The notes under the pieces were generated by a model that was not told where the DNA came from, searched no databases, and was given only the letters and a program-made list of their open reading frames with translations. A stretch of DNA of 64,000 nt from the sequence record MW749003.1; one strand, given 5' to 3'. A program made the position numbers and the translations under genes. Positions 40,332 to 51,228 of this stretch are shown here, one piece after another (the stretch's first letter is position 1; each line of letters starts with the position of its first letter).

Positions 40332-40790
40332 ATGGAAAATTTATGGGAAATGAATGATGAAATAGAAACTTTAAAAGATTCAGATAATAATGAATATCTC
40401 TATCATATTACTGATAAAAACAATTTAGAAAAAATAATGAAAGATGGGCTTGATCCAACATCTAAAAAAGTAACAATAAATGAACAGAATCTAATTTATC
40501 TTACATCAGACTATAATTTTATAATCGAAAATGATGATGAATTTTGGAGGAATAATTTAGTATTATTAAAAGTAATTATTAATGGAATTAAAGATAATTT
40601 AGAACCAGATTATGAGTATGATGTAGGTTTAGACATTAATGGTAATCCCCACCCAATTAAAGCTGTAACTTATGATAAAAAGATTGATTCTAAGAGAATT
40701 TCAATTATTGGGGAACTTGAATTATACCCATTAGAAAATGTACCTTTTCCTATGTATCATGGAAAAATCAAAAATAAAGGGGATATGTAA
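40332..40790 (+). CDS. ADP-ribosyltransferase-fold protein (Tpt1/KptA- or DarT-like)
   Basis: YLYHITDKNNLEKIMKDGLDP...IYLT...VLLKV...EPD: H-x-T, GL-x-P and Y-L-T pattern. Confidence 0.45.
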   Translation: MENLWEMNDEIETLKDSDNNEYLYHITDKNNLEKIMKDGLDPTSKKVTINEQNLIYLTSDYNFIIENDDEFWRNNLVLLKVIINGIKDNLEPDYEYDVGLDINGNPHPIKAVTYDKKIDSKRISIIGELELYPLENVPFPMYHGKIKNKGDM

Positions 40791-40791
40791 A

Positions 40792-41046
40792 ATGGCAAAT
40801 AACTACACAGGTTACACAAGTGAATTTGGTTTGTTATTATATTCAAATAAAAAATATAATAGAAAAAATGTATTTAAAAGATTAAGATGTAAACATGATG
40901 TAATTACAAAAGATAGATGGGTAGAAGCAGGTTTCTACCCAACAGATTATAGTATTTATTATTGTGAAAAATGTGGAAAAATCAAAAATATTAAAAAATG
41001 GAGTGGTGAAAAGAGAAAATTAAAATTTGGTAGAATAAGAAGATAA
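40792..41046 (+). CDS. Small Zn-finger protein
   Basis: CKH...CEKC; SD AGGGG before ATG 40792. Confidence 0.6.
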   Translation: MANNYTGYTSEFGLLLYSNKKYNRKNVFKRLRCKHDVITKDRWVEAGFYPTDYSIYYCEKCGKIKNIKKWSGEKRKLKFGRIRR

Positions 41047-41109
41047 AATAAAATATATTTCTCCTTCTTATGTATTCTCTTTTTAATAGAAAAAATTTAG
41101 AGAATTCCT

Positions 41110-41121
41110 AACAAGTAATTG
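41110..41121 (+). promoter_or_regulatory. Late-type promoter
   Basis: AACA-AGTAAT-TG. Confidence 0.6.
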
Positions 41122-41155
41122 AAAATCTTGTTATACATGAGAGGGGAAATTCTTA

Positions 41156-42421
41156 ATGTCAATCTTAACTGAAACAATGCGTAAAATTATTAGTAAAGAA
41201 AAAATTGGTGAAGAAAATACTTATACTCCTTCCTATAGGACTGGAATTGATCTTTTTGACTATCGTAATGGTCGTAGAGAGAGTGGAACTAAAAAAATTG
41301 GTGTTGACGGTGGAAAGGTTCTTACAGTTGTAGGTAAATCAGGTACAGGTAAATCAACTCTTGCTATTGAATTTGCTAGTAGTATTGTTGAACCATATAA
41401 AGAAGGTCAAGTCTATCATTTAGATTTTGAACGAGCATCGACTCTGTCTCGTATTCAAACTATCACTGGTTGGTCAGATGAGAAGATTAAAGAAAAATGG
41501 ATTCTATTGAATCGTGGTATTTATAGTGAAAGTTTATATCAATTGGTTAAATCACTATCTAAAATTAAACTTGAAAAATTTGAAGAATTAGCTTTGGATA
41601 CAAATGAAGTTGATTTGCATGGTAATGATGTAAGAGTTCTTCCTCCAACAGTTATTCTTCTTGATTCTTGGGCTACTCAGATGCCTCAAAGTATTTCTGA
41701 AGAAGAAAAACTATCAGGTTCCATGTCAGCAACATCTATTGCTAAGACAAATAATGCTATTATTAAACGTATTATGGGTGATCTTGAACAAGCAAATATT
41801 ATCCTGATTATTATTAACCATATTACTCAAAAAATTGAAATTAACCCAATGGCTAAAACACAAGCTCAAGTTAACTATTTCAAACAAGATGAATCTATTC
41901 CAGGGGGAACTTCTTGTATCTATCTTGCTAATACTCTTTTAAAACTTGTTTCTTCAAGTAAACTAGAGCCAGATAAAGAGTTTGGAATTAAAGGATTTAA
42001 AGTAAATGGTGAGTTAATTAAATCACGCTCTAATAGTGCTGGAAATAAATTTGAGATGGTATTTGACCAAGAAAAAGGTTTTGATAATGTTCTTACTAAC
42101 TATTTACTACTAAAATCTAATGGTGTTATTGGTGGCGCAGGTAGAGGATTCTATCTCAATACTCTTCCAGATGTAAAGTTTTCTCAAAAAACAGTTAAAG
42201 AAAAGTATGAAACTTTACCAGAATTTAAAGCTGAATTTGATCGTTTAGTTGAAGAGATTATGGATGAATTCCTATCCGGTATTGATCTCTCAGAAGATAA
42301 TGATAATCTTACATTGGAAGAAAACATTGAAGGTAACATTTGGAGAGCTAGTGACGGTCAATATTATAAATTTGATGATGAAACTGAGGAAGTTGAATTA
42401 ATTGAAAATTATGGAAAATAA
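41156..42421 (+). CDS. uvsX: RecA/UvsX-like recombinase
   Basis: TGIDLFD; VGKSGTGKS Walker A; LDFER; VILLDSW Walker B; IINHITQKI; IKSR. Confidence 0.85.
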   Translation: MSILTETMRKIISKEKIGEENTYTPSYRTGIDLFDYRNGRRESGTKKIGVDGGKVLTVVGKSGTGKSTLAIEFASSIVEPYKEGQVYHLDFERASTLSRIQTITGWSDEKIKEKWILLNRGIYSESLYQLVKSLSKIKLEKFEELALDTNEVDLHGNDVRVLPPTVILLDSWATQMPQSISEEEKLSGSMSATSIAKTNNAIIKRIMGDLEQANIILIIINHITQKIEINPMAKTQAQVNYFKQDESIPGGTSCIYLANTLLKLVSSSKLEPDKEFGIKGFKVNGELIKSRSNSAGNKFEMVFDQEKGFDNVLTNYLLLKSNGVIGGAGRGFYLNTLPDVKFSQKTVKEKYETLPEFKAEFDRLVEEIMDEFLSGIDLSEDNDNLTLEENIEGNIWRASDGQYYKFDDETEEVELIENYGK

Positions 42422-42486
42422 TCTCAAGATGAGAATAGTGTAATTTACACTATTCTCATTATCTTTTTCCAATTTATTTTTTAGAT

Positions 42487-42502
42487 ATATATTATAAAAA
42501 AG
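42487..42502 (+). promoter_or_regulatory. Early-type promoter
   Basis: ATATATTAT-N6-G. Confidence 0.6.
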
Positions 42503-42600
42503 AATTCCCATTGTCTAAAGGGAATGAAAAGTCTATATCAGACAAATAAAAATTTGCTTTTTGTTGGAAAATATGTTATAATAAAAGGAGGAAAACTTAA

Positions 42601-42994
42601 ATGAAAGTTGTAAAAAGTATAGTGAATGTAGCAATTCAACCAGAAAGTGTAGATTATATGAATAATTTATTTTCTTGTTATACAGAAGAAAATGATGTTC
42701 CACATCGTTTAACTATTAATAATCCAGTTATTCATATGTATCCAAAAGAAGATACATATGGTGAAGATGGAAAATTATATGGTTTTATTGATGCATTGAG
42801 ATTCACAGCAGATATCTATGACCCCAGAGAAGAAAATAGTTTATAGGGATAATCGGTTAAGAGATGTTATCAAAACAAATGATAGTAAAATTAAAAATAT
42901 TTCTTACTTCAAAGATCTTAGTACTATGATATCCTTTGATGGTAAACATATATTGCTTCCAAATTATATAGAATTATTGGTGGAAAAAATATAA
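42601..42994 (+). pseudogene. Hypothetical gene with +1 frameshift at CCCC 42822-42825 (130 aa if joined)
   Basis: Frame 0 stops at 42846; +1 frame PEKKIVYRDNRLRDV...YFKDLSTMISF is open to 42994 with no SD of its own. Confidence 0.5.
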
Positions 42995-43012
42995 ACATAG
43001 GAGATATTTATC

Positions 43013-43165
43013 ATGTTAATACAACCAGTTAGTCCAATCATACCTATTTATAATAATAACTTAAAAGATAAATTCTTAAAAAATAAAAAAAATGAGAAAC
43101 AAAAGAATGATTTAATATTTAAAGATATCTTAGAGAAATATATTAAAAAAGGGGTATTATTATGA
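43013..43165 (+). CDS. Small hypothetical protein (50 aa)
   Basis: SD AGGAG; ATGA overlap with next gene. Confidence 0.5.
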   Translation: MLIQPVSPIIPIYNNNLKDKFLKNKKNEKQKNDLIFKDILEKYIKKGVLL

Positions 43166-43614
43166 AACTAGAAAAATTTAAAATACCAAGAGTTGGAATG
43201 TTATATGAATATGCAAGATTTGATAGAAATAATAGTAATAAAAAATATAGTGAGATAAAATTAGTTAATACTTTATATAAAACAGATAATGAAATTTTAA
43301 AGGATATACCTTTTGAAGAGCTAGGTTTTAAAGGTAGTTATTATAATTGCGAGATTGCTGAGTATTTAGACTCTTATGATTTTTCTATGTTTAAAAATAT
43401 ATTTAATTATGATGAAGAGACAGTTAATTATATTAAAGAAGTTGGAAAAGGATATAATGAATTTATTGTAATAAATGATTTAAGAGATGAGTTTATTTTT
43501 GTTAAATATTGTGAAGTTCTTATAGTAGGTGACTGCGCTTATCCACTTCCTACAGACAATTGTTATTGGTTAGGTGGCGCTAAAGTAGTAGATTGTCCTT
43601 CAGAGGACTATTAA
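43162..43614 (+). CDS. Hypothetical protein
   Basis: 150-aa ORF, SD AGGGG. Confidence 0.65.
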   Translation: MKLEKFKIPRVGMLYEYARFDRNNSNKKYSEIKLVNTLYKTDNEILKDIPFEELGFKGSYYNCEIAEYLDSYDFSMFKNIFNYDEETVNYIKEVGKGYNEFIVINDLRDEFIFVKYCEVLIVGDCAYPLPTDNCYWLGGAKVVDCPSEDY

Positions 43615-43643
43615 TTAGATACATACAACTAGGAGGAATATAA

Positions 43644-46600
43644 ATGGATGACATCAGTGTAATTAAGAATGAAGATTATGAAGGTTCACATAGATTTTTA
43701 GCAGAGGAATTACTAATGCCTAATGCAAATAAAACAGATGGTAATAGATCTACAATGTTCTGCTCTCACTTAGCACAGGCAGTAACTCTACAAAAGGCTG
43801 AACCGCCATTAGTCTATACTAACTTTGAGAATCAAGTTGGAAAGTATTCAACTGCAGGTTATAGAAAGGCTAATAGTAATTATAAGGTTATTGAAAAAAT
43901 TTATAAGAATGATTATAATTATGTACTTATTGTACAAGATCAGGAAACTGGGGAATATACACTATTTGAAAGAGCTGAATGTGAGTTTTTAACTGAACAT
44001 TATGGTTTTCAATGGGATAATGATAAAATTGATTCATTAAAGAAAGATGATACAATTGAAAAAGATACTGTATTATATAAGAATACCTGTTATGATGAAA
44101 ATATGAATTTTGGTTATGGTGTTAATTTAAATGCTGCATATTTTAGTTATAAGAATGAAACATTAGAGGATGCTATTGTAATCTCTGAAAGTGCCGCTAA
44201 AAAGCTAGGAACATATAGTGTTAACAAAGTAAAAGTATCTGTCAATACAAATGATATCTTGCTTAACCTATATGGTGATAATGAGAACTATAAAGGATTC
44301 CCAGATATTGGAGAACATATTAAAAATCAGATTATTGCTAGCCGTAGAAGATTTGATTATAACACTGCATTATATGAATTAAAGAATCTAAATGAAATGA
44401 GAGATTCAGATACTCCATTCTTTGCTGATGGTAAGATTGTAGATATTGAAATTTTCTCTAATGTACCTGAAGAAGAATTAAAAGTACAGAAGTATAATGA
44501 ACAAGTTCTATACTATATTAATAAACAAAAAGAATTTTCTAATAATGTTTATCAAAAACTTAAAAAGATTGTAGAAGATAAAGATAGTAACATTTCAGAC
44601 AAGCTATTGCACTTCTATAATAATTGTAAAATGAGAATTGATGAAAATATTTCTTACACTTATCAGAATAGTAAGTTTAGTGGTTTTATTATGGAATTCA
44701 CAATTTTAGAGGAAGAACCATTAAATAAAGGAAGTAAGATTACAGGTAGATATGGTAATAAAGGTGTAATTAGTAAAATACTCCCTGATGATCAAATGCC
44801 TACTGTGGCTGAAGGACGTTTTAAAGGACTCAAGGCAGACATTTGTCTTAATCCTCTTGGTGTATTTAATCGTTTAAATTTAGGCGATTTAAAACTCTCT
44901 TAATTGCTGGAAACTCCTTAGAGCTTATTAGACCACAACGTAATCGGTGACGATAAGCGTGAAGGTTTGAAAACTAATAAGATTGGACAATCAGCAGTTA
45001 TTAGGCTTAATTTTTAAAAATCCTCCACAATTAAATGAACAAATAAATATGAATTATTCATTTTAGGGGGGATTTTATGAAAAGAAAAATTTATAATGAG
45101 GATATTATTTCTAAAGAAGTTAGTATAATTAATCCTGAATATGAATATGTTAAATTAATAAAACTAAAAGGTGTTCATTCAAAAATATTGATCAATCATA
45201 AAACATGTGGTAGAAATATTGAAATTATTTTCAATAACTTTAAAAATGGTAGAATCTGTAAATATTGTAGTAAGAATTGTATAGATGAGAAATCTTTTAG
45301 AGAATTAGTCAAAGAAGATACCGACTATATTTTTGAATCATTTATTTCAATGAATAAAAAAATGACTGTAACACATAAAAAATGCAGATATGTCTATGAA
45401 GTAAGACCATCAGATTTTGTCTATAATAAACATAGGTGTCCAAATTGTTCCAATCGTATAGCATATACTGAAAAAACTTTAAGTAAAAAAATAAAAAGCA
45501 TTGATTCAGAATATGAGATGATAGAAACAATTGATGGCTCTGGAGTAAGATCAAAAATAAAATTAAATCATAAGAAATGCAATAAATCCTTTCAACTTAT
45601 TGCAAGAAACTTTTTGATTAATAATCAAAGATGTCCATATTGTTATAGTAAAAGGATGTTTAATCCGTCATTTGATTCTAAAGGAATTAAAAAGATAAAA
45701 GAATGGCTGGATAAAGAAGGATTTAAATATGAAACTGAAAAAACTTATGATGATTTGATTTCTCCATTCTCAAATAAGAAATTAAGATTTGATATTTTTC
45801 TACCACATTTAAATACACTGATTGAATTTGATGGAAAATTCCATTTCAAGTATAGTAACTCTAGTAAAATATTCTCCAAAGAAAATTTAGAAAAAACTAA
45901 AATTAGAGATGAAGTCAAGAATCAATATTGTAAAGAAAATAATATAACACTTTTAAGGATTAGTTATACTGATAATATTCATTATAAATTAGATAAACAT
46001 TTTAAGTCTAATAATTCAACGACTATCGAAACCACTCTAGCAGATCATAGTTAGAAGGAAGGGAGTAGAGTACAGCCAAGCGGTAGAGGTATTCCGTAAT
46101 AAGGTTATAATTCCTCTTTAAATGGAAACAGAGAGTTAATGAAGATATAGTCTCATCTCTATAGAGATATAGAGCAGTTCATAAGAGAACGGCATGAAAG
46201 TAGCGACTTCATGTGAAGACAATGTGAATCCAAGTCAGTTAATAGAACAAGAATTAAACTGGATTGCTAAATTCATTAGAAAAGATATGGAAGAAGCAGG
46301 AAGTAATGAAGAAAAAGTTAGCATCTTACTTGATTTCTTAAATAGAGTGAATAAAGAAGAAACTGAATTAATGGAAGAATTCATTAATAGTCTAAATAAA
46401 ACAGAATTAGAAGAGTTTCTAAATGATATTATTGAAAATGGAATTCCTATCTGTCAAAAGCCATTCTTCGGTAATATTGGTTTAGATGAACTTTGGGAAT
46501 TATATGATCATTATAACCATATTGATTACTTTAAATGTGAGGGAATTAGTACTCCTTTAATTATTGGAGAAATTTATATGGTTAGATTAAAACATGAGCC

Positions 46601-46991
46601 ACATTCTAAATTTAGTGCTCGTAGTACATCATTTATGAACCTAAGAGGTCTACCAGCTAAATCTAAGAATTTTAAAGAGCATAAAGATTTATATTCAAAA
46701 ACACCTGTACGTATTGGTAATATGGAGATTTCTAACTTAAGTCTTACTAATGAAATGGGTTCTATTATGGATATGCTAAATTCATACTCTAATAATGAGA
46801 CTAATAGAAGAGAACTTATTATGCAATTATTAACTGGAAATCCATTTGATACCAATATTGATCTTTCAGATGTAGAGTCAGGTACAAGTAAGATTCTTAA
46901 ATCTTTATTCACATGTCTCGGTCTTTCTATTGATGATGTAGAAGAAGAATGGGAAAATAAACTAAATGGAAAAGTAGAGGATGAAAAATAA
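43644..46991 (+). CDS. Non-virion RNA polymerase beta subunit, C-terminal part (AR9 gp089-like); exons 43644-44874 and 46225-46991 (665 aa)
   Basis: NRSTMFCSHLAQAV; LEDAIVISESAA; GSKITGRYGNKGVISKI; spliced NPLGVFNRL|NPSQ; IIGEIYMVRLKH; RIGNME. Confidence 0.92.
45017..45076 (+). promoter_or_regulatory. Intron-internal late promoter (45038-45049) and SD-sequestering helix (45017-45026 with 45067-45076)
   Basis: AACA-AATAAA-TA; AAAATCCTCC complementary to GGGGGATTTT directly before ATG 45077. Confidence 0.55.
45077..46054 (+). CDS. Intron-encoded homing endonuclease, Zn-repeat plus Vsr-like (EDxHD-type) domain
   Basis: HKxC...RCPxC repeats; LRFDIFLPHLNTLIEFDGKFH...RDEVKNQYC. Confidence 0.85.
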   Translation: MKRKIYNEDIISKEVSIINPEYEYVKLIKLKGVHSKILINHKTCGRNIEIIFNNFKNGRICKYCSKNCIDEKSFRELVKEDTDYIFESFISMNKKMTVTHKKCRYVYEVRPSDFVYNKHRCPNCSNRIAYTEKTLSKKIKSIDSEYEMIETIDGSGVRSKIKLNHKKCNKSFQLIARNFLINNQRCPYCYSKRMFNPSFDSKGIKKIKEWLDKEGFKYETEKTYDDLISPFSNKKLRFDIFLPHLNTLIEFDGKFHFKYSNSSKIFSKENLEKTKIRDEVKNQYCKENNITLLRISYTDNIHYKLDKHFKSNNSTTIETTLADHS

Positions 46992-47164
46992 TGGGAGTGA
47001 ATGAAATAGAAAAAGAAATTAGATGGGTTGCTGATAATACTATCTTTACCCATTTTACTTTTGGTATTCGTAATTTTAAGAAGATTCTAGAAGCTGTTTT
47101 AATTAAGTTAGATGGTCAATATGACACAAAATTAGTTCAAAATATAACTAGAGAAATTTCATAA
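46991..47164 (+). CDS. Small hypothetical protein (57 aa)
   Basis: TAATG coupling with RNAP stop; followed by hairpin 47172-47210. Confidence 0.45.
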   Translation: MGVNEIEKEIRWVADNTIFTHFTFGIRNFKKILEAVLIKLDGQYDTKLVQNITREIS

Positions 47165-47293
47165 TAAGAGACGTATAATAGATGTGTGCCAGTTTCACAT
47201 CTATTATACGCTATTAAAATTACAGGAGGACATTATTAATATGTTTATTTCCTGTAATAAAAAAGACACAATTTTGAGAGGAAGAGATATTTT

Positions 47294-47701
47294 ATGGGGA
47301 ATGTAGTAGAATTTAAAAGAAAAACAGAAAATGAAGAAGTAACCGTAGAAGAAATTCAATTAGAATATGTTAAAAAGAAAATTTTAGATACATATGAATT
47401 AAAAGAAGAAGATATTATGGAAGTCGATGAAATGGTTAAAGTATATTTAGAACATCTAGAGAAAGGAGAGGTAATGGTCTTCTCAAGTAGTGAAGATGCT
47501 TTATCATTTGCTAATATTGTAATTAATCATCCAGAATTTAAAGATATTTCACATTTTAAAGTTACTCCTAATATTTCACGACTTTCAATGTTTTATGAAC
47601 TAGAACCTGTAATGAAGAATTCTAATAAAAAGTATATCTTTCCATCAGAAGATAAATTTGTTCCATCTATTCACTATAGAAATATCAATGAAATTTTATA
47701 A
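47294..47701 (+). CDS. Hypothetical protein
   Basis: 135 aa, SD GAGG. Confidence 0.65.
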   Translation: MGNVVEFKRKTENEEVTVEEIQLEYVKKKILDTYELKEEDIMEVDEMVKVYLEHLEKGEVMVFSSSEDALSFANIVINHPEFKDISHFKVTPNISRLSMFYELEPVMKNSNKKYIFPSEDKFVPSIHYRNINEIL

Positions 47702-47913
47702 TATTACATGAACTAGGAAGGGTTCACATTAATATTTATTAGAAATCATTACACTTATATTCTTTAAAATAGGAGGAAGAAAAATGTTGAGAAAGAAGGT
47801 ATCCTTTATATGCTGTACAAAGATTATTTCATTATGAAGAAATAATTGAAAGACGAGATAATACTATTAAAGAACTAAAATTAAAAATTAAGAGATTAGA
47901 GGAGAATTAAATT

Positions 47914-48150
47914 ATGGGAAAAGAAGTAACATTTGAGATAGTAAAAGAATTAGGAGTACTTTCAGAAGGTAAAAATGGTTGGACAAAGCAGGTTAATATT
48001 ATTAAATGGAATAATGGAAAACCTAAATTAGATATTCGGGATTGGAATGAAGACCGAAGCAAGATGGGTAAAGGAATTACATTAAATTATGATGATGTTC
48101 AATTATTATTTGACATTTTAGAAGATTGTAAAGATGATATTGATATCTAA
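47914..48150 (+). CDS. YdbC/PC4-like single-stranded DNA-binding protein
   Basis: FEIVKELGVLSE...GWTKQVNIIKWN...PKLDIRDW....KMGKGITL. Confidence 0.85.
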   Translation: MGKEVTFEIVKELGVLSEGKNGWTKQVNIIKWNNGKPKLDIRDWNEDRSKMGKGITLNYDDVQLLFDILEDCKDDIDI

Positions 48151-48195
48151 TTGATATCAATATCTCTTATTACAAAATTAGGAGGATAATTTAAA

Positions 48196-48477
48196 ATGGA
48201 AAAACAATATTTTTTAGAATTCGTTCACAACACTATTAAAGAAAATCCTGATTGGTTGGGAGAGACAGTTCTTTATATGCAGGATGGTCTTAAAAGATCA
48301 TTAGAAGAAGAAAGACAAAAAAGAAATGATGCTGAATATGCATTAGTAATGGCATATGATATGTTAAGCGAGAAAAAATTAAATAGCCGCCCAGCCAATC
48401 ATATTGCTATTAAGAAAGTATTAAAAAATAGTTCTGCTTTTCAAGGTACTGCTTTTGTAGAAGAATTAGATGTATAA
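48196..48477 (+). CDS. Hypothetical protein
   Basis: 93 aa, SD AGGAGG. Confidence 0.65.
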   Translation: MEKQYFLEFVHNTIKENPDWLGETVLYMQDGLKRSLEEERQKRNDAEYALVMAYDMLSEKKLNSRPANHIAIKKVLKNSSAFQGTAFVEELDV

Positions 48478-48541
48478 TATAGGAAATAATTTCAATATAA
48501 ATGAAATATAGCAACAAAAAATTTTAAAGGAGGAATCAACA

Positions 48542-51185
48542 TTGGATAAACTTAAAATTCAGAAATTCATTATAAGTCTTAAACAAAAGAAAAATTTGAG
48601 TGCAGAAAAATTAGAAGAGGTCAAATCATTTCTAGATAAGGCTTCAGAAGCCTATTATAACACTGGGCAAGAAATCTTATCTGATGATGAATTTGATGCC
48701 ATTGCCAGAGAATTTAAACGTTTAGGTGGTAAATTAGATGTAGGTGCTAATCCACCTAAAGGAAAAGGAACAGTAGATGTATCTCATACATTTGCTGAGT
48801 TAGTTGGTACATTAGATAAAACAAATTTTATTTATGAAAAGAACGTTGATGATCCAAGCAAGAAGAGTGTAGAAGAATGGCTAAACAATATTATCAAAAA
48901 GTTAGGGAATGATAAAGAATTTAGTCTAGGTATCAGTTTTAAATTTGATGGTAATTCGGTTGTTATTGAATATAAAGATGGAAAAGTAGTTAGAGCATTA
49001 ACAAGAGGTAGAAATGGTCTAGGAATGGATTTAACTCATGTCTTTAAAGATCATAATATTAAAAGAAAAGATCATGTAGGAATCAAATATGAAATCATTA
49101 TTCCTTGGAAACGTTATGAAGACTTAATGAAAGATACTGGTGTATCATATGCTAATCCTAGATCATTAGTATCTGGTAAATTAGGTGACGATAATGCTTA
49201 TGAGTATTATAAATATATGGAATTAGTTCCATTATGGGTAAAACCTTACAATTCAACAATGGAAAGAACTGAACAGCTAGAATTTATTGAAGAAGCATTT
49301 GGGGAAGATAATAGTTTATTCAGTGATTATAGATTGATTGAAGGAGTAACAGGAAATAATTTAACTCCTTTTATGGAAGAATTAGAAGATATGTATGAAA
49401 AATATAATATTGAAAGATATAATCTTCCATTTATGATAGATGGTTTAGTTATTGAAGTATTAGAGGAAGATATTAGAAATACATTAGGGTATGTAAATGA
49501 TGAACCTAACTGGGCGACTGCTTTAAAATTCCCTTATATGGAAAAAACTACTACTGTAACTGATTTTGATTTTACATTAGGTGACTCAGGAATTATTACT
49601 GCAAGAGTCTGGTATGAACCAGTAACTTTTAATGGAACTGAACACCGAAAACAATCTCTTCAGAACTATAAGAGATTTAAAGAGTTGGGTTTAGGAATTG
49701 GTAGTCAAATCTTGGTTCAATATCGTAAATAAATTGCGATTCATATCAGTAATGATATGTCTAAACTCTCTTAATTGCTGGGACACCCTTAGAGCCTATT
49801 AAACTAAAACGTAACTGGTAACGGTAAGCGTGAATGTTTTAAAAATTAATAGGATTGGGCAATCAGCAGCTGTCAAACATTAATGGACGAAATTTTTTAT
49901 TGGAATATGACGGACATTATCATAAAACTGGTTGGAAAGGAAATCCTAAAAGTAAAGAAATAGTAGAAAAACATGATATGACCAAAAATATTTTCTGTCT
50001 AAAGAATAATATTTTTCTTTATCGAATTCAATCAGACAAAGAAACAAATGAACAAAAAATACTTAATGAGTTAAATTTAATGTTTGGTAGTTCAACGACT
50101 ATCGAAAATCTTAAAAAAGATGAGTAGAGTACCCCACAAGCGATTGGTGGCATAATTCTGGAATGAATTATGGTATGGAATACTCCATATTGGGAAACAG
50201 AGAGTACCCTAAGAAGAATTATTAATTAAATTATTAGGGTATTGATATAGTCTCAACTTTAGGGAAACCTAAAGCAGTTCAAAAAGAACGGTATGAATCT
50301 AGCGAATTCATATGAAGTATATTGAATGATTGTCTTACCTATGTTGTTCCAATTTTAAATGAACACAATAAAAATATCGCTCCTCACCCTTATACTGATA
50401 AATGTCCAGTATGTGATGGTGAAGTTGGGATTACTAAAACTGGTGCTTTCGCCTATTGTAAGAATGAAACATGTGAAGGTAAAACAGTAGGTAAAATTCA
50501 GAACTATTTAACTAAGATGGATATTAAAGGGATTAAAGAATCAACTATTGTCAAACTTCATAATGCAGGATTAGTAAAAAGTATCACTGATCTTTATACA
50601 ATGGATTATGGAAAGATTGCTGAAGTAGACGGTTTAGGAGCAATTGCTTCAATTAATATTAGTGGTGCTATCAATAGTAAAATTCCATATGACTATGAAA
50701 TTATTGGTGCATTAGGTATTAGTAGTTTTTCTACATCCAAAGCTAAAGAACTTTGTAAAGTATTTTCTGTTCAAGAAATGCTTGATATACTTGAGTGTTA
50801 CTATCCTGAAAATCTAATTAACAGTATTACTCAACAAGAAGGATTTTCTGATATTACCGCTAACTATATTGTGGAAGGCTTACAAAAGAATAAAGAAACT
50901 ATTGAATTTTTATTAAAAAGAGAACACAAAGTCTTTAAAACAGAATATGAAAAAATGGCTGGAGTACAAGCTATGAAAATTGTTTTTACTAACTTCCGTG
51001 ATGAAGCAATGCAAATTCAATTAGAGATGGCTGGTCATAAAATTACAAGTGCAGTCTCAAGAAAAACTAATATTGTCGTAACCCCTAATCCAAACGGAAA
51101 TACAGTTAAATTAAAGAAAGCAAGAGAATATGGAATTCGAATTGTAAGTGTAGATGAGTTTAAAGAAGAAATGGGAATTAGCTAA
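48542..51185 (+). CDS. ligA: NAD-dependent DNA ligase; exons 48542-49726 and 50325-51185 (681 aa)
   Basis: AYYN...SDDEFD; KFDG; ALTRG; IDGLVI; WATALKF; spliced VQYR|NDCLTYV (motif VI); Zn finger CPVC...C...C; HhH; BRCT. Confidence 0.92.
49727..50324 (+). mobile_element. Group I intron (family B) with truncated endonuclease remnant
   Basis: P1 ATCGT/GCGAT; AATTGCTGG, AATCAGCAG, GTTCAACGACTA, TTGATATAGTC; ends G. Confidence 0.88.
49855..50127 (+). pseudogene. 5'-deleted homing endonuclease remnant
   Basis: Only LLEYDGHYH...HDMTKNIFC..NNIFLYRI remains; no Zn repeats, SD or internal promoter. Confidence 0.75.
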
Positions 51186-51190
51186 TATAA

Positions 51191-51228
51191 AATAAAGAGA
51201 TTCTATTATAGAATCTCTTTATTTTTTT
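51191..51228. terminator. Bidirectional terminator
   Basis: AATAAAGAGATTCT/AGAATCTCTTTATT plus T-run between convergent genes. Confidence 0.7.

Larger units (their letters stand above)
44875..46224 (+). mobile_element. Group I intron (family B, phase 1) with homing endonuclease
   Basis: P1 AATCGTT/GGCGATT; core motifs as in other family-B introns; removal gives CGT T|TG AAT CCA. Confidence 0.9.

Noticed and set aside
47784-47912. Small ORF after a strong SD, possibly frameshifted (MLRKK... / YPLYAVQRLFHYEE...)
   Set aside because: Too short to support without homologs
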